From: an uncultured Tissierellaceae bacterium | Lineage (GTDB): Bacteria; Bacillota; Clostridia; Tissierellales; Tissierellaceae | NCBI GenBank assembly: GCA_964527205.1 | Contig: CAZGQG010000004.1 | Location: forward strand, 7,023 to 71,022 | Length of the DNA stretch: 64,000 bases | Direction: 5' to 3' | Shown here: one piece after another, positions 29,746-40,114 of the stretch | How the letters are laid out: each line of letters starts with the position of its first letter | Position numbering within the stretch: position 1 is the first letter of the stretch | The notes under the pieces: generated by a model | The model's database searches: none | What the model was told of the DNA's origin: nothing | The model's input: the letters and a program-made list of their open reading frames with translations, nothing else | Program-made: the position numbers and the translations under genes

Positions 29746-29767
29746 TATAATCAGTCCTTAAACTAGC

Positions 29768-30279
29768 TTATTTTTTATATAGATAATCTAAAATATCCTC
29801 CAACTTATAGCTTTCCTTTGATGTTGTATTAAGCATTAGTATGTCAGTATCTTCTGGTCTTATGGACTTGTCTCTTAAAGATTTAAATTTATCTATTGTA
29901 GTTTCTCTCATTTGAGATTCTTTGTTTTCCCTGGTTTTTATTCTTTTTTCTATATCTTCATAACTATCCACCCTGCACTCAATATACTTATAATCCGCCT
30001 CATATTTTTCAGCTAAGCTTAATCCCTTTGAAAGGGTTTCTTCTAGATAGCAAGAAGTGTCAATTATAACGCTAACCCCTTGCTTAAATAGTGCTCCGCA
30101 AGATCAAATACTATTGTATATGAAGTATCTGTAAGCAAAGGGTCTTTTATTCCCATCTTTATCATAGAGCTTTTAATTACATCCCTATCCACCACTATTG
30201 CATTAGTGCTCTTTCTTATTTCTTCTGCTATTGTTGATTTCCCGCTGCCAGGGAAACCTGCCATCTGTAATAAAAACAA
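29768..30279 (-). pseudogene. P-loop kinase-like (AAA_33-type) ATP-binding protein, frameshifted
   Basis: The N-terminal frame has GFPGSGKST and stops at 30064. The +2 frame continues ...KQGVSVIIDTSCYLEETLSKGLSLAEKYEADYKYIECRVDSYEDIEKRIK to 29768. A single-base indel near 30064-30100 would join them. Confidence 0.55.
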
Positions 30280-30527
30280 TCTTATCTACTTCCTCTCTTT
30301 GCTTTATTGATTTTATTAAATCTATTTTTCCATTCTCTAGTTTTTTTCAAATTCCTTACAAGTATTATATATTGTAGGGACAGGCTTTTCTACTCTTTTT
30401 CTAATATTGTTTGTCTTTTATCAAGAATATTATTTTTTTAAAACAAGTCCCTAAGTCTCTGCTGCTTAAGTAGACTACTAGTGGGGTAAATAGACCTTAG
30501 TAGGAAAAAATAGAGAGAGGTGGTTAA

Positions 30528-31871
30528 ATGAAAGTTCTTATTATAGGTGGAGTGGCTGGAGGCATGAGTGTTGCCTTTAAGGCCAAGCGTGAAAATCCAC
30601 AGTTAGACATTACTGTTTTAGAACAAGAAGATTATATATCCTTTGGTGCCTGAGGTTTGCCCTATTATATCGGTGATATATTTGATGATATTGATAAAAG
30701 CTTATTCATTAGGAATCTAGAGGACGCAAAGGAACAGGGAATTAATTTACTGCAAAGACATAGGGTTACGGAGGTTGACTTTGATAAAAAGAAAGCTTTA
30801 GCCCGAGATTTAGATAAGGATGAGGAAAAGACCTTTGAATATGATCAATTAGTCATAGCAACTGGAGCCACTGCCTTCATTCCGGATATTCCTGGTATAG
30901 ATTCTGACAATGTCTATTCTATTACCAAACCCTATATAGTAAAGGATCTTAAGAAAAACCTGGATAAATACACCAATATTGCTGTAGTTGGCGGAGGATT
31001 TATAGGTGTTGAAGTAGCGGAGCAGCTGGCTAAGTACAAGGGTTTAAATATAAATCTCTATCATTCCAGAGATCAGCTTTTAAACAAGGTCTATGACAAG
31101 AAGGCTGGAGAAAGAGCAGCTAAGGAGCTGGAAGATCTTGGTATTAATCTTCATTTTTCTGAAAGACTAGAGGATGTGGTCTACCAGGATGGAAAGGTCA
31201 AGGAAATCCTTACTAGCAACAGAAAAGACCCTGTGGACGCTCTTATTTTAGCTATAGGATTTAATCCTAATACCTCTATCTTTGATGATGAGAGACTGGA
31301 AAAATTAAAAAATGGAGCTATTGTAATTGATAAGTACGGCAGAACTTCAATTCCAGATGTATGGAGTGTTGGAGACTGCGCTACTGTTCCTCATAAGTTT
31401 TTAGATAATCCTTACATTCCTCTTGCAACCAGTGCCAATAAGATAGGTAGGCAGATAGGAATAAACCTATCTAGGGAAGAGAAGGATTTATTTGGAGCCT
31501 ATGAATCCATAGGGAGTAGTTCAGTTAAGATAGGAAGTTTAGAATTTGCTATTACTGGTCTTACAGAGGAGCAAGCTGAGGAGCTTGGCTATGATTATGG
31601 TATAGCAGAGTCTCAAATCTCCAATAAACCTCCTTATATGAACAATTCTAGTAAGATTGATTTTAGGCTTATTTATGAAAAGGAGACTTTTAAACTTCTA
31701 GGAGCTAGGGTTTTTGGAAAAAGAGATGCTGTCCTTAGACTTCTTCCTTTCACTACAGCCATACATGCAGGCATTACAACTAAGGATCTAGCATATTATG
31801 ACTATGCTTATTCACCACCCTTTGCCCTAACATGGGAAGCTGTAAATACTGCTTCATCTATTGCAAAATAA
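30528..31871 (+). CDS. CoA-disulfide reductase / NADH oxidase-peroxidase family flavoprotein with in-frame TGA (candidate selenocysteine) at the catalytic Cys position
   Basis: ATG 30528 gives MKVLIIGGVAGGMSVAFKAKRENPQLDITVLEQEDYISFGA-TGA(30651-30653)-GLPYYIGD... This is in frame with track ORF 30657..31871. The GxGxxG FAD motif lies upstream of the TGA, and the SF(G/A)xC(G/A)LPY active-site Cys aligns with the TGA. Confidence 0.7.
30651..30685 (+). promoter_or_regulatory. Candidate bacterial SECIS: UGA plus downstream hairpin
   Basis: Perfect 6-bp stem tatatc/gatata (30666-30680) with apical loop GGU, starting 12 nt after the UGA. Confidence 0.45.
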
Positions 31872-31885
31872 ATATATTTTATTTA

Positions 31886-31935
31886 AAAGCTTGTACTGGC
31901 CTATCTAGGCTATTACAGGCTTTCTTTTCTTTTCT
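31886..31935 (+). terminator. Terminator of the CoADR/Nox-like gene
   Basis: Long hairpin aaagcttgta...tacaggcttt with inner gccta/taggc pairing, followed by a T-rich tract. Confidence 0.6.
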
Positions 31936-32069
31936 AAAGCCCCCTCACTTCCACTTTATCACTTTAGTGTGATTGAGTTTTCTCTATACTGGGTAAGTAA
32001 TGAACACTACAAAAAATTGTAGGAGATCCATTGTTAGAGAAGGCAAGTTATGCAAAAGGAGGAATAGAC

Positions 32070-32831
32070 ATGAAAAAGAGAATCAGTTTTATTTTAGTAG
32101 CAGTACTAATACTAAGCTTTTCTGTAGTGAGTTTAGGAGAAATTGTAGTTCAAGAAGTAAAAGCTCATTTAGCTGATGATATGAAGTTCCAAGTAGATGG
32201 AAAGATGTGGCAGCCTAAGGATGTAGATGGAACATTATTGTCACCTTTAATTTATAAGAACAGATCCTATGTACCAGTTAGGGCTTTGTTAGAAGAAAAA
32301 GATGTTGATGTAGGGTTTGATGAAAAGACAAGAACTATCATCTTAAACTATCCTGAATATGAACCACCAGTAGGAGAGTACGATCCACCAAAGGATCAAA
32401 GATATTGGGATCCAGATGCAGGTAAATATCCACTACCTGGCGACATAATTGCAGGACCTATAGTATGGAAAATAGGCGGACCTTATGAAGAATTACCTGA
32501 CTATACTTTAATTCTTGAAGAATTTGCAAAGTTAAACCAAGTTATGGATAGCCAAACAATAACTATGCATTTAGATAGAGATGCTAAGGTAATGGTAAAT
32601 GGTAAGGAATGGGCTATAGAAGAATTAGTTAAGGAAAAGAAAGTATTTACAGTTAACGGAGATTCAAAAGGTGAAATTAGTTTCAAAGGCGATAAAAAGT
32701 CTGATACAATTAAATTAGTACAGTTTGATGGTAAAGAAATTAAAGAAGACCAAGCACCAGCAAGAAAAATCGAATGGGAAGTAAGTTTTTCAGGGCCTCC
32801 ATTCAAAATAAAAATAACTATTAGATTCTAG
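32070..32831 (+). CDS. Secreted stalk-domain (copper amine oxidase N-terminal-like) protein
   Basis: Start at ATG 32070 after AAAGGAGG. Signal peptide KKRISFILVAVLILSF, and the stalk-like segment NRSYVPVRALLEEKDVDVGFDEKTRTIIL. Confidence 0.5.
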   Translation: MKKRISFILVAVLILSFSVVSLGEIVVQEVKAHLADDMKFQVDGKMWQPKDVDGTLLSPLIYKNRSYVPVRALLEEKDVDVGFDEKTRTIILNYPEYEPPVGEYDPPKDQRYWDPDAGKYPLPGDIIAGPIVWKIGGPYEELPDYTLILEEFAKLNQVMDSQTITMHLDRDAKVMVNGKEWAIEELVKEKKVFTVNGDSKGEISFKGDKKSDTIKLVQFDGKEIKEDQAPARKIEWEVSFSGPPFKIKITIRF

Positions 32832-33023
32832 TAAAATTTCTAGTAATATTCAATAAAAAATTCTCTTTTTTAGATTTAATCTTTAGGATTAAAAATAGAA
32901 AAGAGAGTTTTTCTTTTTATAAAGCTTTACACTTCAACTATTAGATAAAGGCTAGTCATTATTTGTAAATATATATCCCTTGGTTTATACTAGAATAAGA
33001 GACTAAATGAGAGAGGTGATTTT

Positions 33024-33581
33024 TTGTTAAATATAATTTTGATTCTAGTACTACAACTTATATATGTTCCAATCTTAACCCTTAGGACAATATTTCTAGT
33101 TAAGAATATGACCCTCATAGCTTCACTTCTTGGCTTTGCAGAGGCCCTTATTTATGTATTTGGATTGTCCCTAGTCTTTAGTGGGGAACAGGGTCCAATT
33201 GCCATGTTAGTATACGCTCTTGGATTTGGTTTAGGTATACTTATAGGTGGGGCTGTAGAAAACAAACTTGCCATTGGCTACAATAGTTTCCAGGTAAATC
33301 TTATGGATAAGAATACAGATCTAATCCTTAGATTAAGAAACGAAGGATTTGGAGTTACTGTCTATGAAGGTGAAGGAAGAGATAGCCAAAGATATAGATT
33401 AGATATTCTTACAAGAAGAAATAGGGAAGAAGAACTTATGGATCTAATAGGTGAATATGAGCCAAGGGCCTTTATTGTTTCCTATGAACCAAGAAGATTT
33501 AAGGGTGGATTCTTAGTTAATTCAATGAAAAAAGTAAGAAATCCTAGGATAATAAATAGAAGAAATATGGATAGGGACTAG
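33024..33581 (+). CDS. UPF0316 / DUF2179 membrane protein (YebE-like)
   Basis: 185 aa with three TM helices and the DUF2179 C-terminal domain pattern (GFGVTVYEGEGR...). Confidence 0.65.
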   Translation: MLNIILILVLQLIYVPILTLRTIFLVKNMTLIASLLGFAEALIYVFGLSLVFSGEQGPIAMLVYALGFGLGILIGGAVENKLAIGYNSFQVNLMDKNTDLILRLRNEGFGVTVYEGEGRDSQRYRLDILTRRNREEELMDLIGEYEPRAFIVSYEPRRFKGGFLVNSMKKVRNPRIINRRNMDRD

Positions 33582-33621
33582 GTTTAAAGATAATAATGAG
33601 ATAAAAAAATAATGGGATTTT

Positions 33622-33651
33622 AAAAGAGCCTCTCCGGAGAGGCTCTTTTTA
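33622..33651 (+). terminator. Rho-independent terminator
   Basis: aaagagcctctc-cg-gagaggctcttt followed by T-tract. Confidence 0.8.
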
Positions 33652-33875
33652 CTTGCCCTCTCTTAGTCTTAGCCGGTTACAGAATATTTGAAATAACCAT
33701 CTATAATACCATGAAAAACATAGAATGTCTATATATTTCAGCCTTAAATTTGACATAGGCCTCTATTTATTATACACTTTTATAATAGAGGGGCTCTAAG
33801 TCAATAGTCGCAAGTGATTTTTTATGCACTATTTTAATAAAAATAATTTTTCATGAGAGGAATGAGGTTGAATAA

Positions 33876-34994
33876 ATGATACGCTTTGAAAATGTAAGAA
33901 AACAGTATGATGATACTGTTGTATTGAAAGACATAAGTTTTAATATTGAACCAGGCGAGTTTGTTGTCTTAATAGGCCCAAGTGGTTGTGGAAAAACAAC
34001 AACATTAAAATCGATAAATCGTCTAATCAGGCCAGAAGCTGGCAAAATCTATGTGGATGGAAAAGATATTTCGAAAACTGATCCTGTAAAACTAAGACGT
34101 GGTATAGGATATGTGATTCAGCAAATAGGGCTTTTCCCAAATATGACTATTGAACAGAATATAGGAGTAGTTCCTAAGAGGCTTGATTATAGTAAGGAAG
34201 AGATTACAAAGATTACAAAGGATTTAATGAAAATGGTAGGCATGGATTATGATGAGTATGCCCACAAATATCCTTCAGAACTATCTGGAGGTCAGCAACA
34301 GAGAATTGGAGTACTTCGTGCCTTGGCTGCATCTCCTCCAATTGTATTAATGGATGAACCCTTCGGAGCCTTAGACCCAATGACCCGTACTGTTTTGCAG
34401 AGGGAAATAAGGAGTATACAAAAGAAGTTAGATAAGACCATAGTATTTGTTACCCACGATATGGATGAGGCCTTGGATTTGGCAGATAAGATTATCTTTA
34501 TGGACCAGGGTAAAATATTACAAATGGCTAGTCCAGAGGAAATGTTAGAAAATCCAGCCAATGATACTATAAGAAATTTTATGAGGAATACAACTATATC
34601 CTCTGAGAGAATTGATTTAACAGCTAGGGACTTTACAAAGCCTGATGTTATTACTTCCTATAAGGATAGGAGTATACGTTCAGCTACAAGTATAATGGCT
34701 CGTAATAAAATTGACTCTCTTATAATAGTGGATGAAAATGATCGCTATCAAGGTGTTGTTACTATAAAGGCTATTAGAGCCCATGGAAGTAAAACTGGAA
34801 CAATTGCAGATATAGAACCTTACCAAAATATTACAGCAGATATTACAGAAGATGCTAAGGAATCCTTTGATAAGTTCTATGATTCTCCAGATGATTTTAT
34901 AGTAGTTTTAAATGAAGACAAGACTGTAGCAGGATTTATAACCAAATCCAGCATGGCTATAGCAATGGCAGATACTCTATGGGGTGAGATGTAA
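33876..34994 (+). CDS. opuCA: Glycine betaine/carnitine/choline ABC transporter ATPase with tandem CBS domains
   Basis: 372 aa with GPSGCGKTT, LSGGQQQRIG, VLMDEP and a C-terminal CBS pair (SIMARNKIDSLIIVDEN...). Confidence 0.85.
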   Translation: MIRFENVRKQYDDTVVLKDISFNIEPGEFVVLIGPSGCGKTTTLKSINRLIRPEAGKIYVDGKDISKTDPVKLRRGIGYVIQQIGLFPNMTIEQNIGVVPKRLDYSKEEITKITKDLMKMVGMDYDEYAHKYPSELSGGQQQRIGVLRALAASPPIVLMDEPFGALDPMTRTVLQREIRSIQKKLDKTIVFVTHDMDEALDLADKIIFMDQGKILQMASPEEMLENPANDTIRNFMRNTTISSERIDLTARDFTKPDVITSYKDRSIRSATSIMARNKIDSLIIVDENDRYQGVVTIKAIRAHGSKTGTIADIEPYQNITADITEDAKESFDKFYDSPDDFIVVLNEDKTVAGFITKSSMAIAMADTLWGEM

Positions 34995-35626
34995 TGGGTT
35001 TCTTTGAAATTTATGGAGATCGTTTAATATCAGCAATTCAGACCCATTTATTTTATGTACTTGTATCTGTAGGAATTGGACTCCTAGTAGCTCTTGTATT
35101 AGGGATTCTTTTATCACGTGTTCCCCAATATGCAAAGATAATTATGCCAATTCTTTCTATATTCCAGACTATACCAGGTATAGTATTTATTGGTTTATTG
35201 TTCTTGGTATTAGGAATGGTTCCAGTTACAGTGATTACAGCCCTATCTATTTACGCTGTTTTCCCTATACTAAAGAACACCTATACAGGTTTATTAGATG
35301 TGGATCCAGCCCTAATAGAGGCGGCTAAGGGTAGCGGGATGTCACCAGTTGAATCTCTTTTTGAAGTGGAACTTCCAATAGCACTTCCTTCAATCTTCGC
35401 AGGTTTGAAGATGTCTACCATATATACGGTAAACTGGGCAGTTTTGGCTGCAATGATTGGACTAGGTGGCTTAGGTGAATTTATTTATATCGGTATCACA
35501 TCAAATGATGACCAGATGATTCTGGCAGGGGCTATTCCTTCTGCTATTATGGCTATTATACTGAGCTTATTAATTGATGGAGTTAGCCGATTAATGATAC
35601 CTAAGGGTCTAAGGAGTGTGAAATAA
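34994..35626 (+). CDS. opuCB: Osmoprotectant ABC permease
   Basis: 210 aa BPD-type permease with an EAA-like loop (IEAAKGSGMSPVESLFEVELP). Its start overlaps the upstream stop. Confidence 0.8.
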   Translation: MGFFEIYGDRLISAIQTHLFYVLVSVGIGLLVALVLGILLSRVPQYAKIIMPILSIFQTIPGIVFIGLLFLVLGMVPVTVITALSIYAVFPILKNTYTGLLDVDPALIEAAKGSGMSPVESLFEVELPIALPSIFAGLKMSTIYTVNWAVLAAMIGLGGLGEFIYIGITSNDDQMILAGAIPSAIMAIILSLLIDGVSRLMIPKGLRSVK

Positions 35627-36216
35627 TGGATATATCAATTGTATGGGAACATCTATTTTTGGTTTTTATGTCAGTGATATTTTCATTGATTATTGGACTG
35701 CCATTAGGGGTCCTAGCTTATTTAAAGGCACCCTTTAGAAAGATTATTTTATGGACAGTGGAAGTATTACAAACTATTCCAGCCCTTGCTCTGTTGGGAT
35801 TGATTATGATTGTATTTGGAGCAGGTAAGCCAACGGTTATTATAGGCTTGGTTTTATATTCCCTCCTACCTATAGTTCACAACACCTATGTAGGACTTGA
35901 AAATGTGGACAGTGGTATAAAAGAGGCAGGTAAGGGAATGGGAATGACCCAATTAGATAGGTTGATTTCCGTAGAAGTGCCACTGGCTTTTCCTATGATC
36001 TTTACAGGAATTAGAATAGCTACTATTACAACTATTGGTGCAGCTATATTTGCTACATCAGTTGGTGGAGGTGGCTTAGGCTCTATAATATATAAGGGTA
36101 TTAGAACTCAAAATATGAATTTAATCTTATTTGGTACTCTAGCCCTAATGATTATGGCAATTTTCTTTGACATCCTAATGACATGGATAAATAATCGTTT
36201 AGAAAGAGCTAGGTAG
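35626..36216 (+). CDS. opuCD: Osmoprotectant ABC permease (second subunit)
   Basis: 196 aa with the loop KEAGKGMGMTQLDRLISVEVP. ATGA overlap with the upstream gene. Confidence 0.8.
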   Translation: MDISIVWEHLFLVFMSVIFSLIIGLPLGVLAYLKAPFRKIILWTVEVLQTIPALALLGLIMIVFGAGKPTVIIGLVLYSLLPIVHNTYVGLENVDSGIKEAGKGMGMTQLDRLISVEVPLAFPMIFTGIRIATITTIGAAIFATSVGGGGLGSIIYKGIRTQNMNLILFGTLALMIMAIFFDILMTWINNRLERAR

Positions 36217-36249
36217 TGTTTAAAAATTTGAAAGGGGTATTAAAAATTT

Positions 36250-37179
36250 ATGAAGAATGCAAGAAAGATTTTAGCTTTAATGATGATATTGGTATTGGTC
36301 CTATCATTTACAGCATGTAGTTCAGATAGTGAAAGTGCTGAGGCACCAATTGTTATATATGATGGGCAATTTACAGAAATGAAATTAATGCATCTAATGG
36401 CAAAAATGCTAGTTGAAGACCATACAGATGTTACAGTGGAAATAAAAGACGAAATGGCACCGGTTAATAGTTTTGAGCAACTAGTTGAAGGTAAGGCAGA
36501 TATGATGAACTCCTATGACGGAACCTTATTGACCACTTTTCTTAATTTAGATACACCGGATATTCCAGAGGGTACTTCTCTTTATGATTTTGTTAATGAA
36601 GAAGCCATGGAAAGACATGGAATTAAATTATTGGATAAGATAGGATCAGAAAACACCTATGCCATTGGAGTACTAGGAGAAACTGCTGATGAATACAATT
36701 TAGAAACCATTAGTGATTTATCCCAGGTTTCTGATCAAATAGTATTTGGAGCAGAGCATGATTTTTATACTGAAGCTGGTAGTATGAAATACACTCCATT
36801 TATAGATTTTTATGATATGAACTTTAAAGATAATAAGCCAATTGACATCAACCTAAAGTATTCAGCTATTGAAACTGGAAATATTGATGCAACCACAGTA
36901 TATACAACTGATGGTATGAATAAAAAAGTTGGTTTAGTTATATTAGAAGATGATCAAAACTTCTTCCCAGAATATAACACAGCCCTACTTGTACGTTCAG
37001 AAATATTTGAAAGATATAGTGAAGTTGCTCCTGATTTAGAAGAAGTATTAAATAAATTAGGTGGACAATTTACCAATGAAATAATGACGGATCTAACCTA
37101 TGAAGTTGACGTAGAAGGTAGATCAGAAGAGGAAGTAGCTAGGGAATTCTTAGTTGAAAAAGGATTAATCTCAGAATAA
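36250..37179 (+). CDS. opuCC: Osmoprotectant-binding lipoprotein (OpuBC/OpuCC family)
   Basis: 309 aa with lipobox FTAC and an OpuAC-type fold pattern (DGTLLTTFL..., NTYAIGV, YTTDG). Confidence 0.75.
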   Translation: MKNARKILALMMILVLVLSFTACSSDSESAEAPIVIYDGQFTEMKLMHLMAKMLVEDHTDVTVEIKDEMAPVNSFEQLVEGKADMMNSYDGTLLTTFLNLDTPDIPEGTSLYDFVNEEAMERHGIKLLDKIGSENTYAIGVLGETADEYNLETISDLSQVSDQIVFGAEHDFYTEAGSMKYTPFIDFYDMNFKDNKPIDINLKYSAIETGNIDATTVYTTDGMNKKVGLVILEDDQNFFPEYNTALLVRSEIFERYSEVAPDLEEVLNKLGGQFTNEIMTDLTYEVDVEGRSEEEVAREFLVEKGLISE

Positions 37180-37222
37180 GATTCTGATTAAAACTTAGTC
37201 GGGAAAATATATGAAAAACAAT

Positions 37223-37262
37223 AAATAGTCTTGGAGATTTTCTCTCCAAGACTATTTTTATC
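37223..37262. terminator. Bidirectional terminator between convergent opuC and 5'-nucleotidase operons
   Basis: 15-bp stem aaatagtcttggaga/tctccaagactattt with A/T-tracts on both sides. Confidence 0.8.
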
Positions 37263-37284
37263 TTTGTTTTTCTTTATCTATAAA

Positions 37285-38757
37285 TCAATCCTTATAAAGA
37301 AGGCGTCCTTCTACTTTTTCTCTTACATTTGGATGGCCTCTTAGCCACTCTTCTATAACTTGGAAGGCAGATGTTGAGACTACCCTGCTTGAATTTAGCT
37401 TGTTTAGTTCTTCCAGGCTAATGCCTAGATTGTTCTCAGCATTAGTAACATGATAGGACTGCAAGGTAATTGTATAATGCTGTTCATCATTTACCCTCTT
37501 GTCATTAATATAAAGATCTTCAAGTCTTCTTTGGGATTCTGAATAAATACTTCTAACCTTTTTATTTACTTGGTAGCACTCTCCTTCCCCATCCCTGTTT
37601 TCAATTCTCATTATATGGGAAAATATATCCTTAAGCTGCTTACCTGTTATTGTATATCTGGTGAGACTGTCATCATAGGGAAAGCACTCCTTTAGACTTG
37701 CCAAGGTTACCACAGGACCTAATTCTTCAGATCTAATAGATCCTGAACCTAATAGCATTACATCAGTATCAGAATTATCAGCTAGGGCATCTGCAAAAAG
37801 ATTGCCCAGACTTGTCTCTACCTCCCTCTTTGGGTGGCTTAGTTTTACAGAAAATCTGGTTATTATAGAATTATACTTTTCATCAACTTCATTTTTATAA
37901 ATACTTAGATAGTCTTCCAAGGAGGTGTCCACAGTGGATGTTTTTTCATTAATAGGAACAAGCTGCCAAACCCACTCGGCAATTGAATTTGTCTTTTCAT
38001 CAACTATCATGTCAAATCTTCCTATTTGATCAGTGCCGTAGCCAGCCTGGGCTACAATAATATTATTTACAATCTCTGGCTGCTCTAAAACTGTATGTGT
38101 GTGACCTCCAAGTATCATATCCACACCCCACTCCGGCTTTAAAAGTTTTGCTAGTTCCAAATCCGATTCAAAGCCAATATGGGTAAGGGCTATGGTGAGA
38201 TCAATGTCATGATTTTTATAGGCATTGCAAATCTTTCCCACCTCTTCTGCTGCATCTTCAATTGATACAAAGGTTCCTATAAGCTTGTCTAGGGCCAAGG
38301 AATCCATGACCTTTTCTGTAATAATTCCTATAAACATTATATCAAAGCTACCAATATTTAAGATTACATAGGGAGTCATCAATCTCTTACCATATTTTTT
38401 TATATAGAGATTTGCATTAACTATGGGAAAGTTTGCCACCTTTTCAAGAAATAGCAAATGAGGCAGTCCATAATCAAGCTCATGATTTCCTAGGGTAACA
38501 ACATCTGGTGAAAGAAAGTTCATCAGCTCAATTGTGGAAGCCCCCTTATACTCAGCATCAATTAGTGAACCCTGAACCATATCTCCAGAGATAGTAAAAA
38601 TTACATGCTCCTCTTCTTCCCTTACCTTGCTAATATATCCAGATAGTAGACCTAGACCACCTATAAGCTCTCCACTACCCTCCATAACCTCTGCCATAAA
38701 GTCTCCGTGCATGTCATTTGAATGCAATAGAGTGAATTTTTGTGTTTTCGGTTTCAT
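37285..38757 (-). CDS. Cytoplasmic bifunctional metallophosphatase/5'-nucleotidase (YunD-like), paralog A
   Basis: 490 aa with no signal peptide. Calcineurin-type motifs (HSNDMHGD, GDMVQG, GNHELD, GGHTH) plus a 5'-nucleotidase C-terminal domain. High identity to 51415..52887. Confidence 0.8.
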   Translation of the reverse strand: MKPKTQKFTLLHSNDMHGDFMAEVMEGSGELIGGLGLLSGYISKVREEEEHVIFTISGDMVQGSLIDAEYKGASTIELMNFLSPDVVTLGNHELDYGLPHLLFLEKVANFPIVNANLYIKKYGKRLMTPYVILNIGSFDIMFIGIITEKVMDSLALDKLIGTFVSIEDAAEEVGKICNAYKNHDIDLTIALTHIGFESDLELAKLLKPEWGVDMILGGHTHTVLEQPEIVNNIIVAQAGYGTDQIGRFDMIVDEKTNSIAEWVWQLVPINEKTSTVDTSLEDYLSIYKNEVDEKYNSIITRFSVKLSHPKREVETSLGNLFADALADNSDTDVMLLGSGSIRSEELGPVVTLASLKECFPYDDSLTRYTITGKQLKDIFSHIMRIENRDGEGECYQVNKKVRSIYSESQRRLEDLYINDKRVNDEQHYTITLQSYHVTNAENNLGISLEELNKLNSSRVVSTSAFQVIEEWLRGHPNVREKVEGRLLYKD

Positions 38758-38778
38758 AATTTTCTCCTTTCTATAGAA

Positions 38779-39492
38779 CTAATTATAGAAATTTATGCCA
38801 CATGATTGGCAGAAAACTGCTTCCTTATGTGCGACAGCAGCCCCACATTCAGGACAAAAGGCCGGGGCCTTTAGCTCCTCTTTTAAATTTATAGGCATGT
38901 CTGCACTTTCTCCATTTAATAGTGCACAGATATTTTCTCCAGCTTCTCTATAAAGATCATAACCATGACGTGATTGGCTGTCTACTTTAAAGGAATTGAG
39001 ATTGAACTCAATAGTTTCAAAGTATGGATTCTTAAGATTAATTGTAATATGAAAGTCATAATGATATTCATAGCGGCGAATCATATAGCTAACTTCCATT
39101 CCATTTTTGTCTAATTGCTTTAATTCTGTCTTTGATTCATTTATATCCATATTACAGCTTAAAACATCAGAAATAGGAATTATATCTGGATTATCTTCAA
39201 TTTCTCCAGTAAAACTTATAATAAAGGCCTCCATACTATCATCCACCAAGATCATGGTATCAACACCTAGTCTCTTACTTACATTAAAACCCTCAAGTCT
39301 TTTTTCATTTTCCTTACGATATTCTAATTGCTCCTTAATCTCTTCCAAGCTAGTATTTCTTCTCCCAGCAAACCAAGGTGAAAGTTTATTATTACAATCC
39401 TTGCATATATTTCCATCTTCTAATTTCCTATTGCCTAGTAGTCCAATTTTACCACCACATGCATCACATTGTTTTTTGCTAAAAATAGCCAT
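38779..39492 (-). CDS. DUF4428-type zinc-ribbon protein with a second C-terminal zinc ribbon
   Basis: 237 aa: N-terminal CDACGGKIGLLGNRKLEDGNICKDCNNKLSPWF and C-terminal CPECG...CQSCG. Confidence 0.6.
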   Translation of the reverse strand: MAIFSKKQCDACGGKIGLLGNRKLEDGNICKDCNNKLSPWFAGRRNTSLEEIKEQLEYRKENEKRLEGFNVSKRLGVDTMILVDDSMEAFIISFTGEIEDNPDIIPISDVLSCNMDINESKTELKQLDKNGMEVSYMIRRYEYHYDFHITINLKNPYFETIEFNLNSFKVDSQSRHGYDLYREAGENICALLNGESADMPINLKEELKAPAFCPECGAAVAHKEAVFCQSCGINFYN

Positions 39493-39545
39493 AATAATCT
39501 CCTTTCTTTTATATATCCCAGGATCTTACATCCTCAGAAGAATTC

Positions 39546-40049
39546 CTAAGCCCAGGGATCTTCATTTTCTGGTTTTCTAATCTCACTTAGGAGCATTTGA
39601 TCCCATAAAAACCATTGGCCAGTAGATGGTTTTTCTCTAAGCTGAATAGGTCTTGGGCTATCTGCTCCACTAGATTGGAGGTAGAATTTAACATAGCCCT
39701 TTTCCCCATAGCTATGGGGAAGTACCCTTATATTTATCCTGTATGGCTCTGCTGGCTTATATCCGTTCTCTACTGTGCTTCCTTCAAAGTAGGATGATAC
39801 TATATAAGCCCTTCCCTCCAATCTTTCACTTATAAACTGAATCTCATAGTTGGATAGTTCTTCTGGTCCCTTTAAAAGATTGATCATCTTAATAGCTTCC
39901 TCTTTATTTTCTGCCCATAGGCCTAAAGCAACTACTGTAAGAGCAGCTAACTGATGTGCTTCTTTACAATGCTTGTCATAGATTGATTTAAAGTCTCCTA
40001 TGTTTTTAGGAAGTTGATTGAAAGTTACCTGCCAAGATTTATTATCCAT
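39546..40049 (-). CDS. Hypothetical protein (167 aa), first gene of the paralog-A operon
   Basis: ORF with AAAGGAGAA RBS. I recognised no family. Confidence 0.5.
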   Translation of the reverse strand: MDNKSWQVTFNQLPKNIGDFKSIYDKHCKEAHQLAALTVVALGLWAENKEEAIKMINLLKGPEELSNYEIQFISERLEGRAYIVSSYFEGSTVENGYKPAEPYRINIRVLPHSYGEKGYVKFYLQSSGADSPRPIQLREKPSTGQWFLWDQMLLSEIRKPENEDPWA

Positions 40050-40114
40050 TTTATTTCTCCTTTATAGTTTAATCTTACTAGTAATTTAAATAGATATTCA
40101 TCTTTCTTAGAATA

